The position numbers were made by a program, and so were the translations under genes. Source: an uncultured Planctomycetaceae bacterium (lineage in GTDB: Bacteria > Planctomycetota > Planctomycetia > Isosphaerales > Isosphaeraceae). From it: DNA of 64,000 bases. This document shows positions 45,630 through 56,081 of the stretch, one piece after another. Under the pieces are notes generated by a model. That model was not told where the DNA came from. It made no database searches and was given only the letters and a program-made list of their open reading frames with translations. The stretch's first letter is position 1, and the number at the start of each line of letters is the position of its first letter. Location: positions 4,160,001 through 4,224,000 of the forward strand of contig CAWIAD010000002.1 of assembly GCA_963833985.1 (NCBI GenBank), given 5' to 3'.

Positions 45630-47063
45630 ATGATCACGAATCGCAAGCTCGCAGGCGGTCGAATGGCGGTCCTGGTGCTGTGCCTGATGCCTCTACCGGT
45701 CGCCTCCCGGACCAGTTCAGCCCATGCTGGCGAGGTCGTCCGCTGGCAAGCCCCGGTGGGGGAAGTGCTGTCGGCGGCGTACCGGGTGACGGTGAACGGG
45801 ACCGCGGTGCCCGTGTACGTGGCCCGCAGCGTTCACGGAGGCGATTACGCGTTCGCCACGTTCGACTTCACCGGGTCGGTCGAGGTCGCTGTCAGCGCGG
45901 GAACGGGCGGCAGCCTGAGCCATGCGGTCATCCGGCCCCGATCGGCTCGAATCACCAGCCGGAACGAGGATGATACGCTCCGATTCACCCTGGACGCGCC
46001 ACGCAAGCTTTCCATCGAGCCTGACGGAATCCAGAATCCCTTGCTCATCTTCGCCAACCATCCCGAGCAAAACCCGCCGCGGCCGGGGGATCGCAACGTG
46101 ATCTATTTCGGGCCGGGAATCCACAGGCCGGAGCGGATCGAGCTGAAATCAGGCCAGACCCTCTATCTCGCGGGCGGGGCGGTGGTGAAAGGTGCGGTCG
46201 TGGCACGCGGAGCGGATCACATCCGTATTTGCGGCCGGGGCATCCTTGATGGTACGGACTGGCCATGGCTGCACGGACCCGCCGGCCAGATGCTCGGCTT
46301 GCAGGATTCGAGCGACGTCACGATCGAGGACATTGTCATCCGCGGGTCATTTGCGTGGACCGTTGTCCCGATGCGCTGCCAGCGCGTCGCCATCCGAAAC
46401 ATCAAGATCGTCAACAGCCGGGTGCAGAACGACGATGGAATCAACCCTTGCAACTCGCAGGATGTACTCATCGAAGATTGCTTCGTGCGCACGGACGACG
46501 ATTGCGTGGCGCTCAAGGGCTTGAAAGAGCTGAACCGCGGCAATGCTCCCGTGCGCGGGATCAGCGTGCGCCGCTGCATTTTCTGGTGTGACCGTGCGCG
46601 GATCTTCCTGTTCGCGCATGAATCGCAGGCACCCGCCATCGAGGACCTCACCTATCGTGATTGCGACATCATCCATTATCAGATGACGCCCTTCCTGCTG
46701 GAGCCGGGCGAGCTCATGCCCATCCGCAACGCGCGGTTTGAGGACGTGAGGATCGCGGGCGACGGCCAGCCAGATTTCATCACGCTGCGGCCGACCGTGA
46801 ACGAATACATGCACGTCCGGAAACCAGGCTCGATCCAGGGCATCGTCTTCAAGGACATCGTTCTGGATGGCGGCAAGGCCGGCCCGGCGCGCGTCATCGT
46901 GCAGGGCGCCGGTGCAGATCATCGCGTGCAGGATGTGCTCTTCGACAACGTGGTCCGCTACGGTGCAAGGCTGGACGCTCATTCCCCGAACCTGACCATC
47001 GGCCCTGACACCAGCGGCATCCGTTTTGCCGGCGGGCGGGGGAACGTCCCACAGCGCCCGTAG
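45630..47063 (+). CDS. Glycoside hydrolase family 28 / pectin-lyase-fold protein
   Basis: GGAGG RBS, signal peptide, YFGPGIH, GRGILDG, NDDGIN, TDDDCVALK. Confidence 0.85.
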   Translation: MITNRKLAGGRMAVLVLCLMPLPVASRTSSAHAGEVVRWQAPVGEVLSAAYRVTVNGTAVPVYVARSVHGGDYAFATFDFTGSVEVAVSAGTGGSLSHAVIRPRSARITSRNEDDTLRFTLDAPRKLSIEPDGIQNPLLIFANHPEQNPPRPGDRNVIYFGPGIHRPERIELKSGQTLYLAGGAVVKGAVVARGADHIRICGRGILDGTDWPWLHGPAGQMLGLQDSSDVTIEDIVIRGSFAWTVVPMRCQRVAIRNIKIVNSRVQNDDGINPCNSQDVLIEDCFVRTDDDCVALKGLKELNRGNAPVRGISVRRCIFWCDRARIFLFAHESQAPAIEDLTYRDCDIIHYQMTPFLLEPGELMPIRNARFEDVRIAGDGQPDFITLRPTVNEYMHVRKPGSIQGIVFKDIVLDGGKAGPARVIVQGAGADHRVQDVLFDNVVRYGARLDAHSPNLTIGPDTSGIRFAGGRGNVPQRP

Positions 47064-47068
47064 TCAAC

Positions 47069-47104
47069 CACCCGCAGGGTGGGTCAGCGCAGCGCAACCC
47101 ACCG
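47069..47104 (+). repeat. REP palindrome just downstream of the GH28 stop
   Basis: CCACCCGCAGGGTGGGTCAGCGCAGCGCAACCCACCG, near-identical to the REPs at 1073 and 1362. Confidence 0.85.
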
Positions 47105-47305
47105 TCTGGTAGAGCATTGCGTGCGCTCCCGTCCGCGACACCTGGGAAGATCTCGCATGGACCATCGGCCGATTTGACAGAGGCCGCCGGCACAGCGCCG
47201 GCTGGTTCGGCTCACGATGGGAACGGCGAGCGAATGCAAGGCTCTCCGCCGTTCGCCATGTTTCTCGACCCGGGAATGAACGCCCTGACCACCTCTTGCC
47301 TCGAT

Positions 47306-47335
47306 TTGACGGCATGATCGCACTCCCCTTAGAAT
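47306..47335 (+). promoter_or_regulatory. Putative sigma70 promoter
   Basis: TTGACG-N18-TAGAAT upstream of 47495. Confidence 0.5.
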
Positions 47336-47494
47336 CAGCTCGGCCTGTGCAGGGCGGCGCACGCCTGGGCGAACTCTTCTTTCGCATACCCGCGTACCGG
47401 GATGGCTCGAGTGCCCGGGCCGGGCCAGGCCAGTGCAGCCCAGCGAGCGCAGCAGGCTTTCCCACCTGATTGATGGCCCCGAGCGAGAGACGGA

Positions 47495-48562
47495 ATGACA
47501 CTTCCCACGTATCAGGTGACCGAGTTACTCGGCGATGGGATCGGTGCGGAGCTGTCCAGGGCGATCCATCGCCTGGCTGACGCTCTGCCCGTCAAGCTCG
47601 ATTTTCGCCCGGTCGATTTTTGCCTGGAAAATCGTCGCGCCCGCTCCAGAACCATCTACGATGAGGCCGTCGAGGCGGTCACGGCGTCCAGGGTCGCTCT
47701 CAAGTATCCCACGACCACCGCCGAGGAGAGTCCCAATGCCATTCTCCGCCGCCGGCTTGACCTGTCGGTGATCCACCGGCCGGTGTACACCATCCCGGGC
47801 GTGCCCACGAATTTCCTGCGCGAGCTGGACCTGGACATCGTGCGGATTGCCACCGGGGGAACTTATGACGACCCGGGACGGATGATCGGCGATGACGGGG
47901 CCGTGAGCCTGAGGATCGTCGAGCGGCAGCCCGTGATGGAGGCCGCGCGCTACGCGTTCAACCTGGCCCGCAAGACCGGCAAGCGGGTCACCAGTTCATC
48001 CAAGTACACGATCCAGAAGGCGACGGACGGCCTGTTCGAGCGTATCACCACCGAGGTGGCCCGGTCTTTCCCGGAGGTGGCACACGCGACGGAGCTGTTC
48101 GATGCACTGCTCGGAAAGGTGATCATGTCGCCGGAGCGGTTCCAGATCGTGCTGGTGCTCAACGAGTACGGCGACTTTCTCTCAGACATGGCGTGCGGGC
48201 TGGCGGGCTCGCTGGGCATTGGCGCCAGCGCGAACCTGGGGTTCGATGCCGCGGCCGTGGTGCGCGTGGCCCTCTTCGACGCGGCCCACGGCACTGCGCC
48301 GGACATCGCGGGCAAGAACCTGGCGAACCCGACGGCCATCTTTCTGGCCCTGGCCCTGCTGCTGTACCAGCTTGGCGAGATTGCCGTGGGACGCGCCGTC
48401 AAGACCGCCACGCTGGATCTGCTGCGCGAGGGAGTGCGCACGCGTGACCTGGGCGGCACGGAATCCACCGAGAGTTTCACCGCGGCGGTGGCTACCGAGG
48501 TGGCGCGGCGGACGGCTGCCCCGACGGGCACAAAGGCAAGCCCGCTCCAGTCTGCCCCTTGA
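47495..48562 (+). CDS. Isocitrate/isopropylmalate dehydrogenase family protein
   Basis: GDGIG.E, SPNAILR, NEYGDFLSD, AAHGTAPDIAGKNLANP, TRDLGG. Confidence 0.9.
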   Translation: MTLPTYQVTELLGDGIGAELSRAIHRLADALPVKLDFRPVDFCLENRRARSRTIYDEAVEAVTASRVALKYPTTTAEESPNAILRRRLDLSVIHRPVYTIPGVPTNFLRELDLDIVRIATGGTYDDPGRMIGDDGAVSLRIVERQPVMEAARYAFNLARKTGKRVTSSSKYTIQKATDGLFERITTEVARSFPEVAHATELFDALLGKVIMSPERFQIVLVLNEYGDFLSDMACGLAGSLGIGASANLGFDAAAVVRVALFDAAHGTAPDIAGKNLANPTAIFLALALLLYQLGEIAVGRAVKTATLDLLREGVRTRDLGGTESTESFTAAVATEVARRTAAPTGTKASPLQSAP

Positions 48563-48613
48563 CCTGGCGGGCCGCAGGCCGTGTAATCATACCTTCTCGA
48601 TTCGGAGGGTCCG

Positions 48614-51325
48614 GTGTATGACACACCGCGGCCATCCGATTTGCCCGTGGGAATGCCCCCTGCCATGTCCTCAGGAGAAAGTCCCCAGGACCGACCACGC
48701 CGCCGTGGTCCGTCGACCAGCCAGGTGCTGGTTGTGACGAGCGTGATGTTCACGTTCATCTCGTACTGGCGAACCGCCGCCATCGTGCTCTGCGACATTG
48801 CCAGTACCGTCTATTACATCGGCGGGATTGTCGAGTCGCAGATCGGCAAGGCGGCACCCTGGTTCATTCTCGCGGTGATGCTCTTCAGCTACGCGGTGCG
48901 CAGCGTGTACATCGAAAGCTGCGCCATGTTCGTCCGGGGGGGCGTCTACCGGGTTGTCAAGGAGGCCATGGGAGGAACGCTGGCCAAGCTCTCGGTCTCG
49001 GCTCTCCTGTTTGACTACATCCTGACCGGCCCGATCAGCGGGGTGTCGGCCGGCCAGTACATCATCGGCTGGCTCGTCGACTTCTTCCATCTCGGAAACG
49101 AAAGCTTCCTTTACACCAACCAGAACCTGCTGGCCGCGGGCATCGCCGTGCTGATCACGGCTTACTTCTGGAGGGTGAACCTCAAGGGGATCCACGAGTC
49201 GAGCGACCAGGCCATGCGCATCATGGGCGCCACGACCATCATGGCCGCGGTCATGATCGTCTGGTGCCTGGCCACCCTGGCGGTGCACCCGGAGAAGCTG
49301 GTCGCGCCACCCCTGGCACCGAACCTCGAGCGCAAGGTGGACCCGATCACGCAGGAGCCGATGCTCGACCCGCTGGGCAAGCAGGTGGATCCGCTCGGGT
49401 TCCTGGGACACAGCTCCCTGGCCGAGCCCCTGCGGGCCGCTCCCAGCACCGCCAGCTGGTGGAGCTGGCTGGGCGTGCTGGGCTTGTTGATCGCGTTTGG
49501 CCATTCGGTCCTGGCGATGAGCGGCGAGGAAACCCTGGCGCAGGTCTACCGCGAGGTCGAGAGTCCCAAGCTCAAGAACTTCAAGCGCGCGGCGTTCGTC
49601 GTGTTTGTCTACAGCATGCTGCTCACCTCCCTGATCAGCTTTCTGGCCGTGATGCTCATACCCGATGAACTGCGCGTCACCAAGTACAGCGGCAACCTGA
49701 TGGGCGGACTGGCGATGAATGTCATCGGCCCGCGCTGGATGCTGCTGGGCCTGAACGCGTTCGTGGTCTTCGTGGGGTTCCTCATCCTCTCGGGGGCGGT
49801 GAACACGTCGATCGTGGGCTCCAACGGCGTGCTCAACCGGGTCTCCGAGGACGGCGTCCTCCCCGACTGGTTCCTGAAACCGCACCCCAGGTACGGCACG
49901 ACCTACCGCCTCATCAACACCGTCGCCGGCCTTCAGATCTTCACGATCATCGCCAGCCGGGGCAACGTGCTCACGCTCGGTGAAGCCTACGCCTTCGGAG
50001 TTGTCTGGAGCTTCGTGTTCAAGGCGCTGTCCATGCTGGTGCTGCGCTTCAAGCAGCCCGGACACCGCGAGTACGAGGTGCCGCTCAACATCCGGATCGG
50101 CAAGTTTCATGTACCCATTGGCATCAGCCTGATCTTCCTGGTGCTCGCGGGCGCTGCACTGGCCAACCTCCTGACCAAGGAAGTGGCGACCGTGACCGGG
50201 GCCGTGTTCACGGCGATCCTGTTCTGCGTCTTCTATTTCAGCGAGCTGGCGCACCACAGGCGGAGGGGGACCAGCGAGCACATCGAGCATCTCGAGCAGT
50301 TCAACCAGGCGTTTTCCGAGCAGATCACGCCCCATAGCCTGGGCCTGACGCGGCCGTATCGCAAGCTGGTGGCCATCCGTTCGCCTTACAACCTCGGCAT
50401 GCTGGAGAAGTGCCTGAACGAGACCGATCCCGACACCACCGAGGTCGTGGTCATGACAGCCACGGTCCTGCCGCCTGCGAGCGCCGATTACGAGCCGACG
50501 ATCAGCGACGAGGACCGCCATCTCCTGACGGCAGTGGTCAGCCTGGCCGAGCACGCGGGCAAACCCGTCCGGCCGGTGATCGTGCCGACCAACGAGCCGT
50601 TTTACGCCCTGGCCCAGACGGCTCGAAACCTAGGAGTGCAGGAGCTGATCATGGGCCCTTCCAACAAGTACCGGCCGGAGGACCAGCTCGACGCGGTGGC
50701 CCTGTACTGGCTGAACGTCTGCGGGGCGAAGCCGGAACCGCTATCGATCCGCGTGCTGGGCAAGGATCGCGACGTGCGGCTGGACATCGCCGGCGGCAGC
50801 CAGATCCCCAAGCCGGGCGCGGCCGCGGTCGAGACTGCCGGACTGCTCGCCGACCTGCGCAAGAGCTGGCACGGCGTGGAACGCCTGCTTCTGGCCTACG
50901 ACGGGAGCCCGCTCTCGGCCGATTTCCTCGATACCGTCATGAGCTTCCTTGACCCTGCCATTCATGTCACGCTCATCGACGTGGCCGAGGACGAGCACGA
51001 TGACGAGGCACCGGCGGACCCCGTCGTCGAGGCGAGCTCGGTGATCGAGCGCGGGGTCGAACGGGCACGCGAGCTCGGCCGCAACGTCAGCTACAAGGTG
51101 GTACGCGGACAGCCCGGGCCCGAGATCGTCCGCGCGGCGGTCGATGGCAAGTTCGACGCCATCTTCATGAGCCTGCGCGGAGTCTACCGTCGCGGAGACA
51201 CCTCGGCTTTCGCCTCGAATACGCGTTACGTGCTGGAGAACGCCCCCTGCCGCGTGATCCTGGGCTTCGCGCCGAAATCCATCCCATCGCAACCGTCGAG
51301 CAACGGAACGAACCACGGCGCGTGA
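48614..51325 (+). CDS. APC-superfamily permease (KimA/YdaO-like) fused to universal-stress-protein-like domains
   Basis: CDIASTVYY, GGVYRVV, LLFDYILTG, SGEE; C-terminal LLLAYDGS...S.TRYVLENAPCRV. Confidence 0.85.
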   Translation: MYDTPRPSDLPVGMPPAMSSGESPQDRPRRRGPSTSQVLVVTSVMFTFISYWRTAAIVLCDIASTVYYIGGIVESQIGKAAPWFILAVMLFSYAVRSVYIESCAMFVRGGVYRVVKEAMGGTLAKLSVSALLFDYILTGPISGVSAGQYIIGWLVDFFHLGNESFLYTNQNLLAAGIAVLITAYFWRVNLKGIHESSDQAMRIMGATTIMAAVMIVWCLATLAVHPEKLVAPPLAPNLERKVDPITQEPMLDPLGKQVDPLGFLGHSSLAEPLRAAPSTASWWSWLGVLGLLIAFGHSVLAMSGEETLAQVYREVESPKLKNFKRAAFVVFVYSMLLTSLISFLAVMLIPDELRVTKYSGNLMGGLAMNVIGPRWMLLGLNAFVVFVGFLILSGAVNTSIVGSNGVLNRVSEDGVLPDWFLKPHPRYGTTYRLINTVAGLQIFTIIASRGNVLTLGEAYAFGVVWSFVFKALSMLVLRFKQPGHREYEVPLNIRIGKFHVPIGISLIFLVLAGAALANLLTKEVATVTGAVFTAILFCVFYFSELAHHRRRGTSEHIEHLEQFNQAFSEQITPHSLGLTRPYRKLVAIRSPYNLGMLEKCLNETDPDTTEVVVMTATVLPPASADYEPTISDEDRHLLTAVVSLAEHAGKPVRPVIVPTNEPFYALAQTARNLGVQELIMGPSNKYRPEDQLDAVALYWLNVCGAKPEPLSIRVLGKDRDVRLDIAGGSQIPKPGAAAVETAGLLADLRKSWHGVERLLLAYDGSPLSADFLDTVMSFLDPAIHVTLIDVAEDEHDDEAPADPVVEASSVIERGVERARELGRNVSYKVVRGQPGPEIVRAAVDGKFDAIFMSLRGVYRRGDTSAFASNTRYVLENAPCRVILGFAPKSIPSQPSSNGTNHGA

Positions 51326-51391
51326 GGGATTGGCTCGGCCGAGAGACAGGCACGTCCCCTGCCTTCCCCAACCATGCCGGGCACGGAATCC

Positions 51392-52904
51392 TCACTGGGG
51401 ACCCGGCGGCTGGCGCCTGGAGGCCCCGTTGCCGCCCTGCGGTGCGACGGACTGCCCTGCGTCTTGTCGCTGCTGCGACGCGGTGAGCAACATCCTGGGC
51501 TCGAGCCCCACGAGCTCACCGGCCTTCAGGCCGGACCGGATCACCGTGACCGTGTCGGTCGTTGCTCCGGGCACCACGGTATGCCACTCGAAGCTGCCAT
51601 CGGCCCTCTGGATGGCCAGCCTGCTGGCGCCGTCGAAGTGAACGATCGCCGCGTTCGGCACCGCGAGCACGTTTTCGAGGTCGGCAGCGTGGATCACGCC
51701 GTGCGTCGTCATTCCCGGCCGCAGCGCCGGGGTCTCCTGCTCAAAACGCACCCTGGTGGCGTAGACCTTGTTATCCCAGGCAGCCATGGAGCTGGCATCG
51801 GGAAGCGGGGCCACAGACTCCACCAGGCCGGTAAGAGTCAGCTCCGGAAGCGCGTCGGGCCGGATCGTGACCGCCTGCCCCGCCCTCACGAGGTCGACTT
51901 TCGACTCGGCTACCTTCAGGCTCACTTGCATCGGTCCGTGTTTGTCGACCACCGAGGCGATCTTCTGCCGCTCGCGAACCAGGGCTCCTTCTTCGATCTG
52001 GCTGGACTGCCTGCCCCCCGGCCGGCGCATCGAATCGTTGGCATAGACCACCGACCCAAAGCGCGGCGCCACGATCTGACAGGCCTCGATCTGCTTCTTG
52101 AGACGCGTGGTCTTGTTCTGCTCCAGCATCCAGGCTTCTTTCCGGGCCGTCTCCTCGGTGGCCCTGTGCCCGGCCTCAAGCTTCAGCGCCTTGGTCGTCT
52201 TGTCCCGGGTGTATTTTTCGAGCACGTTGAGCTTCGCCCTGGCCAGCTCGAGCGACTTCTTCTCGTGTTGCAGGCGCTCTTCGGCATCTTCCAGCCGGTC
52301 AACGATGTCCAGTTCGGCCACGATGTCGGCGGGTGTCCGGGCCGCGCCCTGCGCCACCTCGGTCATCCGCTGCCTGGTTCGCTGGGTGCGCTGGAGGCGA
52401 TCCTCCGCTTTCTGAATGGCCGCCTCCGCGCCGGCAATCTCGCTCTTCAGTGTGAACACCTCTTGTTTATAAATTCCTTCGACATACTCCGAGACCGCGA
52501 TCTCCGCCACCTCACGTGAGAGCCTCGCATTGAGGTAGGCAGCGCCGGCGCTGCTCGGAGATCTCCTGATTCGTGAGCCGATCACGCAGGGCTGAGCTGT
52601 CGAGCTGGCATACCAGGTCTCCCTGCTTCACGACCCGGCCTTCGGGAACCAGCGAGATGATGGTGGTCTGCCCCTCCACCGTGCAGTACAGCGGGGCGAC
52701 GCGCACCGCTTCGATCGAACCCCGCGCCTCGATGTCGATCTTGACCTTTCCGCGTTTGGCCTCGTGCACCGGCATCCGGGCAGCCGGCACCTGCGTGCCC
52801 GCGCCCTGCCCGTCCCCGGCAGCCCCGGCCGAGCGCATCTCCAGAAACGGCCCGGCGGCAGAAGCGAGGCAGAGAACCACGATGTGCTTTCGAGCGACTG
52901 CCAT
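51392..52904 (-). CDS. Efflux periplasmic adaptor (MacA/HlyD-like), frameshift near 52545
   Basis: VEGQTTIISLVPEG..VKQGD..CQLD; IVAPRFG.VVY, LRPGMT, VLAVP, GLKAGE. Confidence 0.88.
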
Positions 52905-53066
52905 GGCTGCAACCTCCCCGCGGAAGGCTCAGGGGCAGACACCGGTGCCGTCCACGCCGGCCGTAGCTCCCGGCCTCCGCTCTCATGAAAGTAGCGTTGT
53001 CGCGGCCGGGAGCGTCAGGCGAAAACAGCCGTCGGTCCCGGTTTGATGGACCGCAAGATCCGGCCG

Positions 53067-53630
53067 CTACATGGACATTCCCGGCGACGCCGTCGCCGGG
53101 CCAAGCAAGCTGGGTGGAATCCGGAACGGGTAGCTTCCCACGGGAGGCCGGCGCATCCCGGCGGCCGGCGATTGCCCGGGGAAGAGTGTGCCGGACATTC
53201 CTCGTCCACGCATGCCACCGGAGCGCAGGGTCCCCAGCGGAGCCAGCGGAGCAAACGCTTCTCGCCGGACGCCAAGGGGCGAACCGGTCCCCAGCATCCC
53301 CATGCCACCGCCCTCCGCTGGCATCGGCCTGAGCGCAGAGCGGGTCGGCTGTTGCACCCCCAGACCGCCCCCCGGGCCGCCCTGATAGGGCACGAAACCG
53401 CCCATCCCGGCGCTGAAGGGAACGTAGGCGGCTCCGCCGCTGAAATAGGAACCCGCACTCCAGGCGCTGGCGCCGTACGGAGCGGGCGCGCTCGAATCGG
53501 GGCCTGTGCTCGCGGGGAACTGGGCCTGCGCGGACCCGGCCCCGATGGTCATCACGATGACCGGGACACCCAGTGCGACGAGCCGCCAGACCGCGCCCTG
53601 CCTCAGGGCGTTCTCTCCGCCCGTTTTCAT
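53067..53630 (-). CDS. Secreted Gly/Met/Pro-rich hypothetical protein
   Basis: Signal ending SAQAQ; GFVPY, GGGMGM, PPVGSYPFRIPPSL, ends PGMSM; start overlaps the TolC stop. Confidence 0.7.
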   Translation of the reverse strand: MKTGGENALRQGAVWRLVALGVPVIVMTIGAGSAQAQFPASTGPDSSAPAPYGASAWSAGSYFSGGAAYVPFSAGMGGFVPYQGGPGGGLGVQQPTRSALRPMPAEGGGMGMLGTGSPLGVRREAFAPLAPLGTLRSGGMRGRGMSGTLFPGQSPAAGMRRPPVGSYPFRIPPSLLGPATASPGMSM

Positions 53631-55199
53631 GGTTTGCTCCGGAAAGGACTGTCGGCCGAGGGGACGGGCGCGGCTGGCGCCGGGCTCGCTCCGGATGAAG
53701 CGCCGGGTGCTCGAGGTGCTCCGTCCGGTGGATTCTCGTTGAGCTGAGCCCCGACGGCACGCTCCAGCGTGGCAAGAGCCTTGCCCAGTTCAGCCTCAAC
53801 CTGGGCAATCTGCAATTCCACCTGGAGCAGGTCGCGCCAGGCGGAGAGCACGGTCAGCAAGTCTACCCCTGCCACGTTCGTGCGATACTCGCTGGAAGTC
53901 AAGCGAAGCACCTGCCGGGCCGCGGGAAGGTTGCTCTTGCGGAGCAGGTTCACGACGTTCTGCTGAACCCTGGCCTGAACGAAAAGAGCCTTCACATCAC
54001 GATGCGACTGGTCGCGCTCGGCCTCGTAGAGCGCCCGGTCCGCAGCGGCGCGGGCCTGCGCCTCGCACACGCCCGAGGCGATCTTCGTGCGGTAGACGGG
54101 CAGGTTCATCCCCACGAAGAGGCCGACGTTGGGCATGCCGCCGGCCGTCCTGGGTGTGAGCGCGTTGGTCTTCTCCATATCCTGGTAAACCGCGCCCACC
54201 GTGATATTGGGATAATACCGCTTGCGTGCCAGCTCGATGGCGGTCTGGTCGCGGTTGATGGCGGCCAGGCGGCCCTGGAGGTCGGGCCGGCTGGCGATGG
54301 CTAGCTGGTAGAGCCGTTCGAGCTGCGTCGGGACCGGATCGACCAGCAATGCGGCCACGGTTTTGATCTCGGTCTCCGGATCCAGATGCAGCAGCCGGTC
54401 AAGCTCGGCGCGCGCTTCAGCCAGTGGAACCGAATTGTTCTCGATCTCCCGGTCAATATCGCTGAGGGCCACCTCGGCCCTGAGCACGTCCGGCTGGGCC
54501 GCCGTCGAGGTCGGGTAACGCACCCGTGCAATTTCCAGGAAATCCTCGGCAAGCTTGCGGTTCTGCCGCAGCAGCCCGTCGGCTTGCTCGGCGAAATGAA
54601 GGTCGAGATAGGCACGCTTCACGGCCGAGACGGCGTCCAGCTCCGTTGCGGCCAGCTCATAGAGCGCGATGCGCACGTCGTCCGCCGCGGCCTGCCCACG
54701 CAACCGGAGCGTCCCGCACCAGGGAAACTGCTGGGCCAGAAGCAGCACCATAGGGCATGTAGCCCATGAGCGAATACTGGGGCGCCACCGAGGGGATCGG
54801 AAAGATGGTGTTCGACAGAATCGGGTCGTCGAGTGCCGTGACCTGCGGGATGCGCTGCCTGAGTGCCTCGACATTCCATCGGGCCGCGCGCACCGACGCG
54901 TTTGCCCGCAGCGCACGCTCGATGCAGGCCTCGAGCGACAGTGCGTTCGGTGGCGGATCCGAGTTCCGTCCCGGGGTGCCTCGCGCTGTTGTGTCGGCTA
55001 ACATATCGTGGCCGCCAGCGCCAACCTCCACGCGGGCTGAGGCGGTCGCGGTCGCGTGCACGGAACCATCACTTCGTCGCTGTGCGCGTGAAACCTCGCC
55101 GCGCTCCGGCCAACGCAGGAGCGCCGGATGCGTGCAGCCACCCAGGGCGATGCCGAGCGTCGCCGCGGCGATCACGGACCTGGGCCAGCCTCGATCCAT
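53627..55199 (-). CDS. TolC/CusC-family outer membrane efflux lipoprotein, frameshift near 54748
   Basis: LGGC lipobox; IPQVTALDDP; QQFPW.G.L.LRG, RPDL, YYPNIT, LERAVG. Confidence 0.9.
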
Positions 55200-55378
55200 T
55201 CAGGACTCACCTGGTTGAAGCCGCCAGCTCCACGCGGGCTCATGCCGAGCATGATCCGCACGGCAAGCACTTCATGCCCGTTCGTCATTATCGGCGGATG
55301 CTGCAACGAACTTTGGATCGGCCTCATCTCCGGTTCGTGCCGTGCGGTTCGTGCCGTGCCGGGCATTGCGGGATTTCT

Positions 55379-55409
55379 TTGTGAGGCCACTCGACCTCGC
55401 CTCTATAAT
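55379..55409 (+). promoter_or_regulatory. Putative promoter for the cus operon
   Basis: TTGTGA-N19-TATAAT with a GAGGC/GCCTC dyad in the spacer. Confidence 0.4.
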
Positions 55410-55451
55410 GAAGTAGGCTCCCGTGAGGTCTTCGCTGGTCGAGGCAGGTGT

Positions 55452-55916
55452 ATGCTGACGGACGTTCGCCGCTGGAGGTGCTCGTGGCTCGCACTCATTG
55501 CGATCGCCACAGTCTTTTCGAGTGCGCCCGTCGTGTCGGCATGCAGCACGCAGAAGCCTTCCACGGCGCATTGCTGCTGCGGAGCCCAAGCCAGTGCCGG
55601 TCTGGCTTGCTGCGCCCAACCGGAACCTGAACGGGCTGATACGCCCCTCCCTGGCGGCCCGGCTTCCAGTCCCCGCTTGATTGCGACTCGCGTCCCGTGC
55701 AGCACGTGCTTTTGCGACCAGTCGTCCGCTCCGGCTCGCCAGCGTGAACGGCGCCCGGCGCGGGACGGCTGGGAAAAGCCCTCGACCCATTTCTCAGCTC
55801 CTCACGCGCTCTCTCTGCCCGGCCATGTCGGGCCGGCCCTCTGCCTGACCTCGCCGATCAGTCCCTGCGCCACACGTGCGCCTCTCTATCTGCGCCTCGA
55901 ACACCTGATCATCTGA
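55452..55916 (+). CDS. Cys-rich signal-bearing small protein upstream of cusB
   Basis: Hydrophobic N-terminus, HCCCG, ACCA, CSTCFC, ends RAPLYLRLEHLII. Confidence 0.7.
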   Translation: MLTDVRRWRCSWLALIAIATVFSSAPVVSACSTQKPSTAHCCCGAQASAGLACCAQPEPERADTPLPGGPASSPRLIATRVPCSTCFCDQSSAPARQRERRPARDGWEKPSTHFSAPHALSLPGHVGPALCLTSPISPCATRAPLYLRLEHLII

Positions 55917-56081
55917 CGCCCCCTGTCCCGCATCGGCGCCATCCCCGCTGCCGGACTATCCACGTCCGTACCGTGGGGCGCGGTTCGTCCAGGGGTCGTT
56001 TCAATCTTCGTCGGGATCTCGTGATCAGGCTCTTTTTTCGGTGCCATCTCCATGCCGGAGCAGGCCCGGGAGCGAACGAAC

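Noticed and set aside
48671..50554. 627-aa minus-strand ORF
   Set aside because: Antisense shadow of the APC permease, expected at high GC3.
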